Shown here one piece after another: positions 35,508 through 44,311 of a DNA stretch of 44,311 nt. Within the stretch, counting starts at the first letter, position 1; each line of letters starts with the position of its first letter. Below the pieces are notes generated by a model. The model was given only the letters and a program-made list of their open reading frames with translations, ran no database searches and had not been told where the DNA came from. The DNA is from a virus (taxonomy: Duplodnaviria; Caudoviricetes): positions 1 through 44,311 of the IMG/VR virus record IMGVR_UViG_3300049009_000357. One strand, 5' to 3'. A program made the translations under genes and the position numbers.

Positions 35508-35942
35508 TTACGGGTTGGTTTGTGGTGCGTTGTACGGGCTGTGGAGAACAGCAGCGACGCCAACGACGCCAACTGAAGTAACTCCAGTCTGTACAGCATT
35601 CACTGTCACATAACGCTTGTTCCCGACATAACCAAGACGCTTGGTAACTTCTTTGCCTGTGCCAGCAACGCGAGCGCCAGCAGCTAAAGACGCCAGCGCT
35701 TCAGTGCCGAGCAGATAGGTATCCGCAACACTAGTCATGGTGCCAGTTACATCGCCTTCCAAAGCAACCACCGTAACGATGGAGCCGGTTGTAGTGACTG
35801 CGCCGTAAGACATGATAAATTCAACGCCGCCATAGCTTTGACGATCAACGACGATGCCGGATTTTGTCGCGTTCGCGCCAATAGCCAGCGGAGAAATAAC
35901 TGTTTTCGTTCTTACGTTGTTGTGCAAATCTTTAACGCTCAT
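35508..35942 (-). CDS. Capsid decoration/cement-like protein
   Basis: Follows capsid gene; G..VDR..Y.GV.F...G, GY.G.KRYV motifs. Confidence 0.65.
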   Translation of the reverse strand: MSVKDLHNNVRTKTVISPLAIGANATKSGIVVDRQSYGGVEFIMSYGAVTTTGSIVTVVALEGDVTGTMTSVADTYLLGTEALASLAAGARVAGTGKEVTKRLGYVGNKRYVTVNAVQTGVTSVGVVGVAAVLHSPYNAPQTNP

Positions 35943-35992
35943 AATTTTTTCCTTTTGGTTAGATGTTTGCTAACTGCAATTATTGCGGACAT

Positions 35993-36016
35993 AAAAAACC
36001 CCCAATTAAGGGGGTT
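35993..36016 (-). terminator. Intrinsic terminator after capsid gene
   Basis: CCCCC-TTAATT-GGGGG followed by T6. Confidence 0.7.
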
Positions 36017-36035
36017 CGTGTTGGGTTTGCTTTGA

Positions 36036-37250
36036 CTAGCTTGTCGCGAAGCGCATGAGCTTAATTGCCTCATAATTTGAGATGCCACCAGAGAAGCGAC
36101 GTCTAAAATTGAACTTGGTTGTACCTTTCGCCGTGATGTTGTCGCGGATCAAAGTAGTGCCAGCGCGATTAACGATGGTGTAGCCGCGTTTGAAGTTACC
36201 GAATGCCAGCGAGTAGCTGCCAGCGGCAAGGTCTGCAACGTTGTCATCTACTTCAACAGGATTGCCAAGGAAGCGACCACCAAAACCGCCTGCGGGGTCT
36301 GGATTCCAGAGGTAGTAGGAGCCGCTACCATCTTTCATCTGACGCATTACGCCAAGGGTCGTGTCGTTGGTCAGCCATACAGCGCCGGGTCGGTATTGCG
36401 ACTTAAGCGAATGCTGCAAGCTGATAACTTTGTCAGCAGGCGCAACAGAAGCAAACGCGGCAGACTTGCCGGAAGCGATATAGCCAACGCTGCCCCAGGA
36501 GTAAGCAGAGTTTGCTACGTTGGTGTAACCGGCAATGCCTCGCGCTTTGCCAACACCGTTGCCAGTGATGAACTCAGCGCCTGCACCTTCGGCAAAACCA
36601 ATAGCGGCTTCTGCTGCCAGATCAGATTCCAGATTGATGAACGCATCTTCCAGCGTTTCGTTATATACCCAAGGCTCGACTTCTGCGGTGAATACATCAA
36701 TGGCAATTTTGGAATAACGCGGTTCAGTGGTTTCGCCACCTGTTTGGCCATCACCTACGCGACGCATTGCCATGCCGGAAGTTTTAACCAGCTTCTCCCA
36801 TTTTGCGGAGCCGATGGTTTTAACGTCAGCAAGGCGATACATTGCGCTTATTGTCGGTGCGATGCGGTCAATGGCCATATCCATTTCGGGCAATACAAGG
36901 TATCCGCCGTCTGGATCGCTGCCGCTGTTCATTGCTTTCTGCTGGATGTCAGCAAGGCCATCTTCGCGGCCTTTGCGCAGATACAAGTTGAACGCTTTTG
37001 CGTGTGCAAGCTGTTCTTCAGACTTCTGTGAATCAGCGCCGACCATAGGGCGGTTCGCTTTTTTCTCGATGTCAGTAAATGCTTTCTGCAAAGAAGCCAT
37101 GTCTGCATTTATCAATGCAAGTTTTGCTTTCAGCTCGTCAACAGATTCGCCATTTGCTTTTGCTTTCAGAATTTCGTCATTAGTTTTCTGAAATTCGTTC
37201 CATGCTTTACCCTGATCTTCGATCAAAGCTGCAATATCTTTAATTTCCAT
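36036..37250 (-). CDS. Major capsid protein, HK97 family
   Basis: Coiled-coil delta domain, DGGYLV.PE, AFI.GNG..K..G, DG.G.YLW.P, FGNFKRGY.IV.R. Confidence 0.95.
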   Translation of the reverse strand: MEIKDIAALIEDQGKAWNEFQKTNDEILKAKANGESVDELKAKLALINADMASLQKAFTDIEKKANRPMVGADSQKSEEQLAHAKAFNLYLRKGREDGLADIQQKAMNSGSDPDGGYLVLPEMDMAIDRIAPTISAMYRLADVKTIGSAKWEKLVKTSGMAMRRVGDGQTGGETTEPRYSKIAIDVFTAEVEPWVYNETLEDAFINLESDLAAEAAIGFAEGAGAEFITGNGVGKARGIAGYTNVANSAYSWGSVGYIASGKSAAFASVAPADKVISLQHSLKSQYRPGAVWLTNDTTLGVMRQMKDGSGSYYLWNPDPAGGFGGRFLGNPVEVDDNVADLAAGSYSLAFGNFKRGYTIVNRAGTTLIRDNITAKGTTKFNFRRRFSGGISNYEAIKLMRFATS

Positions 37251-37259
37251 TGTAAAACC

Positions 37260-37913
37260 TCATTTTGATTTAACGGGATTGGTTCGACGCATAAGAGCGT
37301 CATGTAGCAACTTCACACCGTCCTCGTCAGAATCGCTCTGCGATAGACTTTTGACCCTGCTTATTAAAGCTAGAGCCTCACGGTTTGAAAGCCCCAAATC
37401 CCTCAGGTATTTCTCTGCCGATCTAATACTTTCAAGTTGTTCGATGCTTTTAACGCCCTGAACGCGGGCTGCATCATTAGCGGGGAAAGTGACCAGGGAG
37501 GTTTCCCAAAGGTCTACTTTTTTTAATGTAGTGATTCCGGTTGCTTTGTCGCGGATTTCATCACGCGGGATAAAACCGATTGACAAGCCGCTGATGGCTT
37601 TCATCTTTAGCAATTCATAAGCCTCTGCGCCGCGTTGTGTTTTCAGAGCAATCTGGCCTTCGACTTTCAAGCCTATGCTGTCTTCGGTCATCGAGGTAAA
37701 CACTCCCAGAGGCTCTGAGCTTCTGTGCTGCCAAAGCAAGGCAGGCATGGTGCCTTTCGTTTTATGCGATGCCAGCGAGTCAAGGAATGCGCCAGCGGCA
37801 ACAATCTCGCCGTAACTGTCAACAACACCAAACACGCTGCCATAGCCGGAAAAGGAGCCATCTTCAGAGATGCTTTTTACTTCGAATGCAAAATCTTTGG
37901 TTCTCAAAGTCAT
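37260..37913 (-). CDS. Prohead protease, HK97 family
   Basis: FSGYGSVFG..DSY..., LLWQH, GLSIGF, LWE.SLVTFPAN..AR. Confidence 0.95.
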   Translation of the reverse strand: MTLRTKDFAFEVKSISEDGSFSGYGSVFGVVDSYGEIVAAGAFLDSLASHKTKGTMPALLWQHRSSEPLGVFTSMTEDSIGLKVEGQIALKTQRGAEAYELLKMKAISGLSIGFIPRDEIRDKATGITTLKKVDLWETSLVTFPANDAARVQGVKSIEQLESIRSAEKYLRDLGLSNREALALISRVKSLSQSDSDEDGVKLLHDALMRRTNPVKSK

Positions 37914-37938
37914 GGTTTTAGCCTCTGCCTTAATTTAG

Positions 37939-38955
37939 TTATGCCGCCATGCTGTCTAGTTCACATATCAGCATCATTTCAGCCTCACGCAACTTTCTGC
38001 TTCGCCTATTATCAATTGCGGCAATAAGTGGATTCCCGAACGTCTCAGCGCTTGCTATGCCTCCGACCCCGACAATCTCCCGCGCATATATCAATGCCGG
38101 TTTTATGCGCCCGCTTCTGCCCGACATGCGGTGAGGAATTGAAACGCTTACAACTGTGACGGTTGCCGAGCCAAACGACTCAGCGCTTTCAATACCTCCA
38201 GCGCCAACAATTTCTTGTGCGCCGGTATCAGCGATAACAGCAGCACCGCCGAACGCCTCGGCAGAAGCTATGCCTCCTGCGCCAGTTATCTCTTGAGCGC
38301 CACCAGCTACCCCGACAAGTGGCCCGCCGAAAGCCTCCGCAGATGCAATAGCGGACGCTGATACGGTCGCCGCAATTGCTGGCGATCCGTGCGACTCCCC
38401 AGTGGTAATGGCGGCAGATCGAATATCCGCGCCTACGGACGCCAACCCAAAAGACTCGATGCTTTCTATGCCGGCAGCGGTGATGCCCACCGAGACTGCG
38501 GCAGAACCAAACGCTTCCGCGCTTGCAACACCGTCAGGGCTGATCTGCGCCGACAAAGCCGCGCTTCCAAGCGCCTCAGACGATGCTACGCCCGCCGCCG
38601 CGACAGTCGCGCCAAGACCCGTTGAACCGAAAGATTCGGCTGATGCGATCTGGCCGGCGCCTGTAATTTCTGCGGTGCCGGATACAGCATCGACAAGCGG
38701 CGACCCAAACGACTCAAGGCTGGCAATTTGTCCAGCGCCAGTAATGGACGCCGCACCACCACCACCTGGCAGCAACTCCCACCCAGCGTCCTGAAACGTG
38801 GGCGCGGTATAAACTGACAATGCAAAATCCGCAGCATTTAGTGCTGGGGGCGCATAAGCCGATAACGCCATCCCATGCGGTGTAATATCCGCAGGGATAA
38901 GCTCCGTGAGCGCAAAATCTACAGCACTAAGGGCTGGCGGTGTGTACTCGCTCAT
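37939..38955 (-). CDS. Putative fibre/scaffold protein with ten GIASAEAFG-type repeats (cassette B)
   Basis: Three N-terminal YTPP-like motifs, ten ~20-25-aa repeats, basic-then-hydrophobic C-terminal helix. Confidence 0.55.
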   Translation of the reverse strand: MSEYTPPALSAVDFALTELIPADITPHGMALSAYAPPALNAADFALSVYTAPTFQDAGWELLPGGGGAASITGAGQIASLESFGSPLVDAVSGTAEITGAGQIASAESFGSTGLGATVAAAGVASSEALGSAALSAQISPDGVASAEAFGSAAVSVGITAAGIESIESFGLASVGADIRSAAITTGESHGSPAIAATVSASAIASAEAFGGPLVGVAGGAQEITGAGGIASAEAFGGAAVIADTGAQEIVGAGGIESAESFGSATVTVVSVSIPHRMSGRSGRIKPALIYAREIVGVGGIASAETFGNPLIAAIDNRRSRKLREAEMMLICELDSMAA

Positions 38956-39728
38956 GCAAGGTAAGGACTCCCAGGTGCTGTGTAGTAAGTCGCACCGGAC
39001 TTATACTGCACAAAGGCAGCGCCAACCTTGCCCGTGGTAATGGTGGACGCCCATGTGCCGCCAGCGCCGGTCACGATCTTTTCGACCAGAACCGGGTTAA
39101 CCATGCTTTCATCGTCGCCTTCCATAACCGTGACAATCGCACCGCTTACCGGGGCCGCACTCAGCGTCACTGTCCCGCTGATAGCAAAGGTCGAAACGGG
39201 TTCTTCTTCCCAATTTGCCTCGATCCACCAATTATTGGTAAGCGCGGCGTTTGATGCGCCAGTCGCACCAACCACCTGACACAGCAGCGATTGATTTGGA
39301 CGAAGGATAAAACTTTGCGTATCAACTAAAAATGGCAACAAGTTTGAATCACAACTAATTACCTGCTCAACAGCGGTGTGCATCCGGCTTGCGTACTGTT
39401 GCCAGATAACAGTGCCCGCTGTTCCGGTCAACGGAAACCCATCCAGTATCGGGGCACGAACTTCAACGGAAGCACTGGATGATTTGTTCGTATCGTAAGT
39501 CGTCGCCGATAACACCGCGCCGCCGCTAATACTTGTGCCTCTGCTCGTCTTTATCTGCGGCATCACCGTTGACAGCGCGGCGATTGGGTCTAACTGCATA
39601 GCCAGGCGGCGAACGTAGACATTCACCCGCGACCCTAGTTTGTTTGTAATAGCAAAAAGGTTTTGCGTTGTTGCGTCATTCCCCAATGCCAGGGGCGAAG
39701 GAACGCTGCCGTTAAACGAAAAAGCCAC
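38952..39728 (-). CDS. Jelly-roll-like protein plus C-terminal Ig/prealbumin-like domain (cassette B)
   Basis: First ~178 aa paralogous to 39729-40262; C-terminal ISGTVT...PVSGA.V.V...T.A.G.W. Confidence 0.55.
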   Translation of the reverse strand: MAFSFNGSVPSPLALGNDATTQNLFAITNKLGSRVNVYVRRLAMQLDPIAALSTVMPQIKTSRGTSISGGAVLSATTYDTNKSSSASVEVRAPILDGFPLTGTAGTVIWQQYASRMHTAVEQVISCDSNLLPFLVDTQSFILRPNQSLLCQVVGATGASNAALTNNWWIEANWEEEPVSTFAISGTVTLSAAPVSGAIVTVMEGDDESMVNPVLVEKIVTGAGGTWASTITTGKVGAAFVQYKSGATYYTAPGSPYLA

Positions 39729-40262
39729 TTAATCTTCTTCCCATACGATGTCCACGCACCAATGGTTTGTCGCTGGATTGGATGTGCCGACTGCTGAAAC
39801 CACTTGCACCAACAGGGCTTGGTTCTGCCGTAGAATCAGGTTTTGTGTTTCAACAAGCGCCGGGGCTATGCTGCTGTCCTCGGCAAGCACCTGACCGACT
39901 GCGGTGTGCAACCTCATACAGTATTGCTGCCAGATGGTAGTGCCTGCCGTGGACGTAATTGCTGTCGCCACGCCGCCGTCTGATGCGGTGCCGCAACGGA
40001 TAATGGTGTTAGCATTCGATGAATTCGCGGTATCGAACTGCCCTTTGTTCAGGGCCGTGCCGCCTGTAGGAACAGCGGTAGCGCGGGAAAGTTTGACCTG
40101 CGGCATCACCGCCACCAAAACCGCCGTGGCATCGAGCTGAACAGTGATCCGGCGAATATAAACCAGTTTCGTCGCGTCGATGTTTTCAATGGTGAACAGG
40201 TTGTGTGGGGTTGCCGCACTGCCCAGAATCCTGAAACTAGCTGCTGCGAAATATCCGGCCAT
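39729..40262 (-). CDS. Jelly-roll-like putative structural protein (cassette B)
   Basis: Shares NLF.I.N, VY.RR, QLD, VMPQ.K.SR, TAGT.IWQQY..R.HTAV.QV, ILR.NQ.LL.QVV, WEE with the next gene. Confidence 0.55.
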   Translation of the reverse strand: MAGYFAAASFRILGSAATPHNLFTIENIDATKLVYIRRITVQLDATAVLVAVMPQVKLSRATAVPTGGTALNKGQFDTANSSNANTIIRCGTASDGGVATAITSTAGTTIWQQYCMRLHTAVGQVLAEDSSIAPALVETQNLILRQNQALLVQVVSAVGTSNPATNHWCVDIVWEED

Positions 40263-40274
40263 TGTCCAACCCTG

Positions 40275-40682
40275 TTATAGTTTAAATATTTTATTGGCGC
40301 CGTTGTCCCAGGTGATGTTAACCACTTGAGAGACCGATGGCGTGAACGGAAGCCCTGCGCTCGGCGTGTCGATGTAGGCGATCAATCGAGCTGTTGCATC
40401 AGCGCCAGTGTGCTGGAAAATCACAATGGCATTCGATGCCGCCGCTGCTGTAGCTGTCAGCGTAGTATCTGCCGCGTCTGCCACGCCACTGGTTACGGTT
40501 TTGGTTCCAAGCGCCGCGCTTCTGCCGTTCTCGTTGCCGGTTGTAATGTCGTCCAGGAAATCATGCGCGGCACTAAAAGTGTAAGTGCTACGCACCAACA
40601 CGCAGCGAATATCGCCTGTGTCCCAATCAATCGAGCCGTCGAGGAATCCCTCCCTCCCTTTGTCATAAAGTGCGTTTGCCAT
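40275..40682 (-). CDS. Virion structural protein (~135-aa MANALYDKGREGFL family, cassette B)
   Basis: Recognised as a recurrent phage minor structural protein type; LIAYID...GLP.TP...ITWDNGANKIFKL. Confidence 0.65.
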   Translation of the reverse strand: MANALYDKGREGFLDGSIDWDTGDIRCVLVRSTYTFSAAHDFLDDITTGNENGRSAALGTKTVTSGVADAADTTLTATAAAASNAIVIFQHTGADATARLIAYIDTPSAGLPFTPSVSQVVNITWDNGANKIFKL

Positions 40683-40690
40683 ATTCTTTT

Positions 40691-42217
40691 TTAGCCTTTT
40701 TCGGTTGTGCTGCTAATTATTTCGCCAGACAATTTATCTCGCACAAAAGTGGTTTTTGTACTTGATGGCGCTGATGCAATATGCACGGCAATATCTGGCT
40801 GATTAACGGTGACAAATGGCGCGGCAACATCAACTTTTATGTCAGCGGCTTTTTGCTCTGGAACGTTCACCGTTATCGGTTGAGGCGTATTAGTAACCGA
40901 TGTTCTGGCGTCCACGTTAATTGGCGGATGTGGCCGGTCATTACTTGCCATCATGCCCTTCAATTCGCACATTAAGGCGAGCGCTTTTGCAGGCGTGTCA
41001 TCAACAGGATCAGTCGATCCGCCCGCGATATTAGCCGGCCTGTGGAGCTTGCTTGATTCTGGGTCCGGGTCAGGGTTCAAGTCTAACTTCTCCCTGCCTT
41101 CGTTTTGTGTCATCAGTCCGCCGTTGACATAACCAAGCAGAACGTCCTTCTTGTCAGTCATGGAAGCGCGAAGCAATCCTTCATCAACGAAGCAGGAATA
41201 CAAACCTTCTGCCCGGTCTTTATCGGTCAATAGGTTTGCATCAATGGACTGCTCGATGCGGAAATATTCAGGGGATAATGTATGAACAACGTGTGCAAGA
41301 AATTGCTGCTCTGCGCTGGCGTAAGTTGTATTTTTCGATTCCGCAAAAATCATGATCGGATTCACAAGAAAATGACGGCATATTTCTTCCACTTGAAACC
41401 TGCGGGTTTCAATGGTCTGCGCGTCAACGCCCGTCATCGTGTGCGGTGTCCATTTCGCATCGCGGTCTACAATCATGGGGCTGCCGTCTTTAGCAGCTCC
41501 CGCATAATTCTCATCTATCCAGTCTTTTAATAATTTGTACTGATCAGGCTTTAACGTACCGGCTACGGAATAAGTCCCGCTGGCCCGAACGCCGTTTTTC
41601 TGCATGGTTGACTGCTGTTCTTCCACCGCCATTGCAAGACCGATGGATTCACGCGCCAGCTTTACGGCTTCGAGGCCCATCCAGCTATTCCATGACGGGC
41701 CTTTAATGTGCCAGATTGAGGACGCGGGGAAGGTCTGAACGCTTCCGTTCTGCGCTCTCACCTCATAAGTCAATGTAGCGTTGTCGGCGCGCTTAACAGT
41801 CACGCTGCCAGGCTCAAACGGGATCAATTCCATGATGCCGGAACGGTTGGATCGGTTAATGAATGAGAACGCATTGCCGCATAAAGTGAGGTGCATCATC
41901 AGCATTTCGCGGTATTCAAAGCTGGTTTGAAAGTCGTTCGGACGGTTTGCCAGTATGTAATACAGTGAATGGTCCTTCGCAGGTGTTCTCCAGCTCCCGT
42001 CTGCCGACTCACGCATGAGTTTCAGCGGCACTTGTGCAAGTCCGTTTGCGCGAACTCGCATACAAGCCATAACAGCAGACACTTCGATTGCAGTGACGGT
42101 ACTTACATTCTTGCCGGACGCCGATGTGCGCCAGCCCGATGTCCCGCGCAATAAATCCACAAGTGCCAGCGCTTTTTCGCTGGATGGCCGCGAAAATGCC
42201 GATGCTAACCGGCCCAT
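40691..42217 (-). CDS. Portal protein, HK97 family, with ~105-aa C-terminal extension
   Basis: AV.AC......A.VPL, RPN.FQT.FE, L.GNA, DAQ.IE.R.FQVEEICR.F.V.P, EQ....F..HTL.P, G.MT.NE.R. Confidence 0.95.
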   Translation of the reverse strand: MGRLASAFSRPSSEKALALVDLLRGTSGWRTSASGKNVSTVTAIEVSAVMACMRVRANGLAQVPLKLMRESADGSWRTPAKDHSLYYILANRPNDFQTSFEYREMLMMHLTLCGNAFSFINRSNRSGIMELIPFEPGSVTVKRADNATLTYEVRAQNGSVQTFPASSIWHIKGPSWNSWMGLEAVKLARESIGLAMAVEEQQSTMQKNGVRASGTYSVAGTLKPDQYKLLKDWIDENYAGAAKDGSPMIVDRDAKWTPHTMTGVDAQTIETRRFQVEEICRHFLVNPIMIFAESKNTTYASAEQQFLAHVVHTLSPEYFRIEQSIDANLLTDKDRAEGLYSCFVDEGLLRASMTDKKDVLLGYVNGGLMTQNEGREKLDLNPDPDPESSKLHRPANIAGGSTDPVDDTPAKALALMCELKGMMASNDRPHPPINVDARTSVTNTPQPITVNVPEQKAADIKVDVAAPFVTVNQPDIAVHIASAPSSTKTTFVRDKLSGEIISSTTEKG

Positions 42218-42360
42218 TATTCAGCAACCGACAATTTGAGGCCCGCATAAATGACCAGGATTCCAGCGACAACAAATCCCGATGGCTGATATACAAGCCA
42301 CGCGCCATAGCTCAACAAACCAGCGCCGGATATCAGCAGCAAGTCAGGTGTGTATTTCAT
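42217..42360 (-). CDS. 47-aa two-TM membrane protein between terL and portal (absent from ORF track)
   Basis: MKYTPDLLLISGAGLLSYGAWLVYQPSGFVVAGILVIYAGLKLSVAE; ATGA and TAATG coupling. Confidence 0.7.
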   Translation of the reverse strand: MKYTPDLLLISGAGLLSYGAWLVYQPSGFVVAGILVIYAGLKLSVAE

Positions 42361-43868
42361 GCTGCGGATTCCCAAAATGATTTTTCGATGTCAGCGGCAG
42401 AAGGCATAACGCCAACGGCCTGCGCAAGTGCGACCATGCCATCAATGCGGCCTGTCGCTTTTTGTTTCGTAAATTTCCTAAAGCCTGTCGGATCTGAAAC
42501 GGCTTGTGCGTTCTGTGCGCACATCGTTAAGACTGGGTGATTACCGTGCTTTAATTGCTTGCCGAGCAATCTTGCTTCAAGCTCGCGCAAGGCTGGCCCC
42601 ATGCTGATAAAGCCCTGGCCGAACTCAATAAACAGTTCCAGCTCTTCTTCACTGAAGCCCGCTTTAATCAGCCAGGGTTTCAGGAATTTCATGTTGTAAC
42701 GGTCGAAGGCTAGAGCGCGCACCGTGCAGCGGTTGAACACATCACGCAGAAAGTAAGCGATGAATTCGTATTCAATGGCGCGGCCAGGCGTTGTTTCCAG
42801 AAAACCGGCTTCAGCCCATACATCATAGGGAACGCGGTCATTGCGCGACTTCTCAGCAAGCCCTTCTTCTGGTAGCCAAAAAGTAGAATGAACGTCGCCT
42901 TCTTCAGTGACCAGAACCAAGGCGGTAAGGTCGGACACGCTTGAAAGGTCAAGCCCGCCGTACACTTCCTTGCCTTCCCAAGATTCGGGTTGGTCGCCGT
43001 TCTCTTGCCAGATTGCCCTGGATATAAAAGGGCTTCTCGCTTCGACTCGCTGATTTAAAATTAGATTGCGGTATGCCGCCTCGCGACTCGGTAAGCGTTG
43101 TGCGTCCGTTGCCTGCCGGAAAACTTCTTCCTTGTTCATAAAGTCATCAAAGTGCGGGTTCGCTTCTCTGATTGCTTCTTCGCTGAACGGATCGAGATCA
43201 AGCGATGCAGTACACAACTCGACTTTGTTTCTCGGATCAGCGCCAGTCAGTGCGTCATCAATGAGAAGGCTTAATAAATCTGCGTCTGTCGGTGCCTGCG
43301 TACTGATTACAATCGAGAGCGGGGATTCCTGCGCAGCACTGGCTGTTTCGAGAGCTTCGTATAATTCAAACCTTGGCCCTTTCACCTGCCCCAGCTCGTC
43401 GTGGATAACAAAGACAGGGGATAACCCATAGCTGGTTGACGCATCGGCACTGAGCGCCTTGTAGAGCGTCCCCAGGTCAGGGCAGAACAATTGCTTTGCA
43501 GTGTCACGAATAACAACGTACTGACTTAAATCGGGAGACATGCGCACAATTTTTGCGGCAAGGGAAAATAGGATCGCTGCCTGGTCCCTTGATTGTGCTG
43601 CGCTGTATAGCTGGCTATTTGGTTTCGCTTCCGGCCCGCATAAGTGCAGCAACAGAAGAAAGGAAGCCATCGCGGTTTTCGCGTTCTTCCTTGCCATGCT
43701 CAGAATAAATAGTCTTGTAGGGCTGTCGTATATACGAACAATCCACCGCTTTTGATGCTTGGTAAGTTTTACCTGCTGGCCTACAAACTTGCCCTCTGGA
43801 ATTCTGCAATGCGTTTCAATCCAGAGACAATTGCGCTCGCCCCGTGTCAGTCGTTTTCGAGCTGCCAA
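42357..43868 (-). CDS. terL: Terminase large subunit
   Basis: Walker A ARKNAKT, Walker B IHDELG, ISTQ, nuclease GGLDLS..SDLTA, RIDG.VA. Confidence 0.95.
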   Translation of the reverse strand: MAARKRLTRGERNCLWIETHCRIPEGKFVGQQVKLTKHQKRWIVRIYDSPTRLFILSMARKNAKTAMASFLLLLHLCGPEAKPNSQLYSAAQSRDQAAILFSLAAKIVRMSPDLSQYVVIRDTAKQLFCPDLGTLYKALSADASTSYGLSPVFVIHDELGQVKGPRFELYEALETASAAQESPLSIVISTQAPTDADLLSLLIDDALTGADPRNKVELCTASLDLDPFSEEAIREANPHFDDFMNKEEVFRQATDAQRLPSREAAYRNLILNQRVEARSPFISRAIWQENGDQPESWEGKEVYGGLDLSSVSDLTALVLVTEEGDVHSTFWLPEEGLAEKSRNDRVPYDVWAEAGFLETTPGRAIEYEFIAYFLRDVFNRCTVRALAFDRYNMKFLKPWLIKAGFSEEELELFIEFGQGFISMGPALRELEARLLGKQLKHGNHPVLTMCAQNAQAVSDPTGFRKFTKQKATGRIDGMVALAQAVGVMPSAADIEKSFWESAA

Positions 43869-44275
43869 GGTTTGCGTCCTGCCTGTGATTTGATTACTTT
43901 TTCAGCCCTGATCTTGCTCTGCTGCGTTAGCCGCATGGATCGGTCAAGCGCGTTAATCGTTCTGGTTTCACGTTCCTGCAATGCGGTCAGCATGTTGTAA
44001 CGCTTCAAGCCCGCGTCATCATCTGCCAGCCATGCCGGGTCGAAGTTATCAAGCTGCACTGCAATCAAATCAGCCTGGGCCTTGTGTCTGACGTACTGCG
44101 TCAGCATCACAATATGCTCTGGTGCAAACCAGTCAGCAGGCATGGCATTTGTTACAGTGACCCAAACAGACTTCTGTTCTGACGTGAGACTAAAAGGAGG
44201 CGCGAGCCTTTGGTTAATACCTACAGGCGCAGCAATAGCGAGCGATGCAACTGATCGCCTGCCCCTTGTCGCCAT
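43847..44275 (-). CDS. terS: Terminase small subunit
   Basis: M..RGR.S...PP..L......W...MRLT.QS...KPW; directly upstream of terL. Confidence 0.8.
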   Translation of the reverse strand: MATRGRRSVASLAIAAPVGINQRLAPPFSLTSEQKSVWVTVTNAMPADWFAPEHIVMLTQYVRHKAQADLIAVQLDNFDPAWLADDDAGLKRYNMLTALQERETRTINALDRSMRLTQQSKIRAEKVIKSQAGRKPWQLEND

Positions 44276-44311
44276 TTTGGATTTACCTAAAAACTACAGA
44301 TTTATGAAAAT

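Larger units (their letters stand above)
1..44311. mobile_element. Temperate siphovirus genome (HK97-type head, lambdoid early region, GTA-like tail tip), non-integrated, near complete
   Basis: Packaging, head, tail, lysis, immunity, replication, recombination and integration modules all present; no host housekeeping genes; intact attP; ends lie between HNH and terS. Confidence 0.95.

Noticed and set aside
19400-44000. Many plus-strand ORFs opposite the structural genes (e.g. 21719-22252, 36396-37031, 38402-38794)
   Set aside because: Antisense shadows of well-supported genes with no recognisable motifs
1-44311. Alternative genetic code
   Set aside because: Core genes are full length in the standard code and TAA, TAG and TGA all end genes normally

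Overview
The window looks like the near-complete ~44.3 kb genome of a temperate, lambdoid/HK97-type siphovirus, probably of a Gammaproteobacterium. It is in free (non-integrated) form: attP is intact at 18147-18321, and the sequence ends fall between the terminase-associated HNH gene and terS, where cos is expected. Minus strand from the right end: terS, terL, portal with a C-terminal extension, a 4-gene insertion, prohead protease, HK97 capsid, head-tail genes interrupted by a methyltransferase/DUF115-like gene, an HNH cassette and a second DUF115-like gene, tail tube, frameshifting chaperones, tape measure and a GTA-like tail tip. Centre: attP, int, xis, a RecT/YqaJ operon carrying a large heparinase II/III-like gene, and the cI/cro switch. 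Left: replication, nin-like accessory genes, Q, lysis, a second 4-gene structural cassette and HNH. Main candidates for novelty: (1) two parallel non-tail appendage cassettes, each with a related ~135-aa protein, a 10-repeat scaffold and lectin/jelly-roll-like partners; (2) two Maf/DUF115-fold proteins, one fused to a methyltransferase, inside the head-tail operon, suggesting virion glycosylation; (3) an attP carrying the 5' half of tRNA-Leu(UAA); (4) a 771-aa polysaccharide-lyase-like gene in the early operon; (5) three leader RNAs whose loops are complementary to sequence at or near the next ribosome-binding site. All family assignments come from motif recognition by eye; no searches were run.
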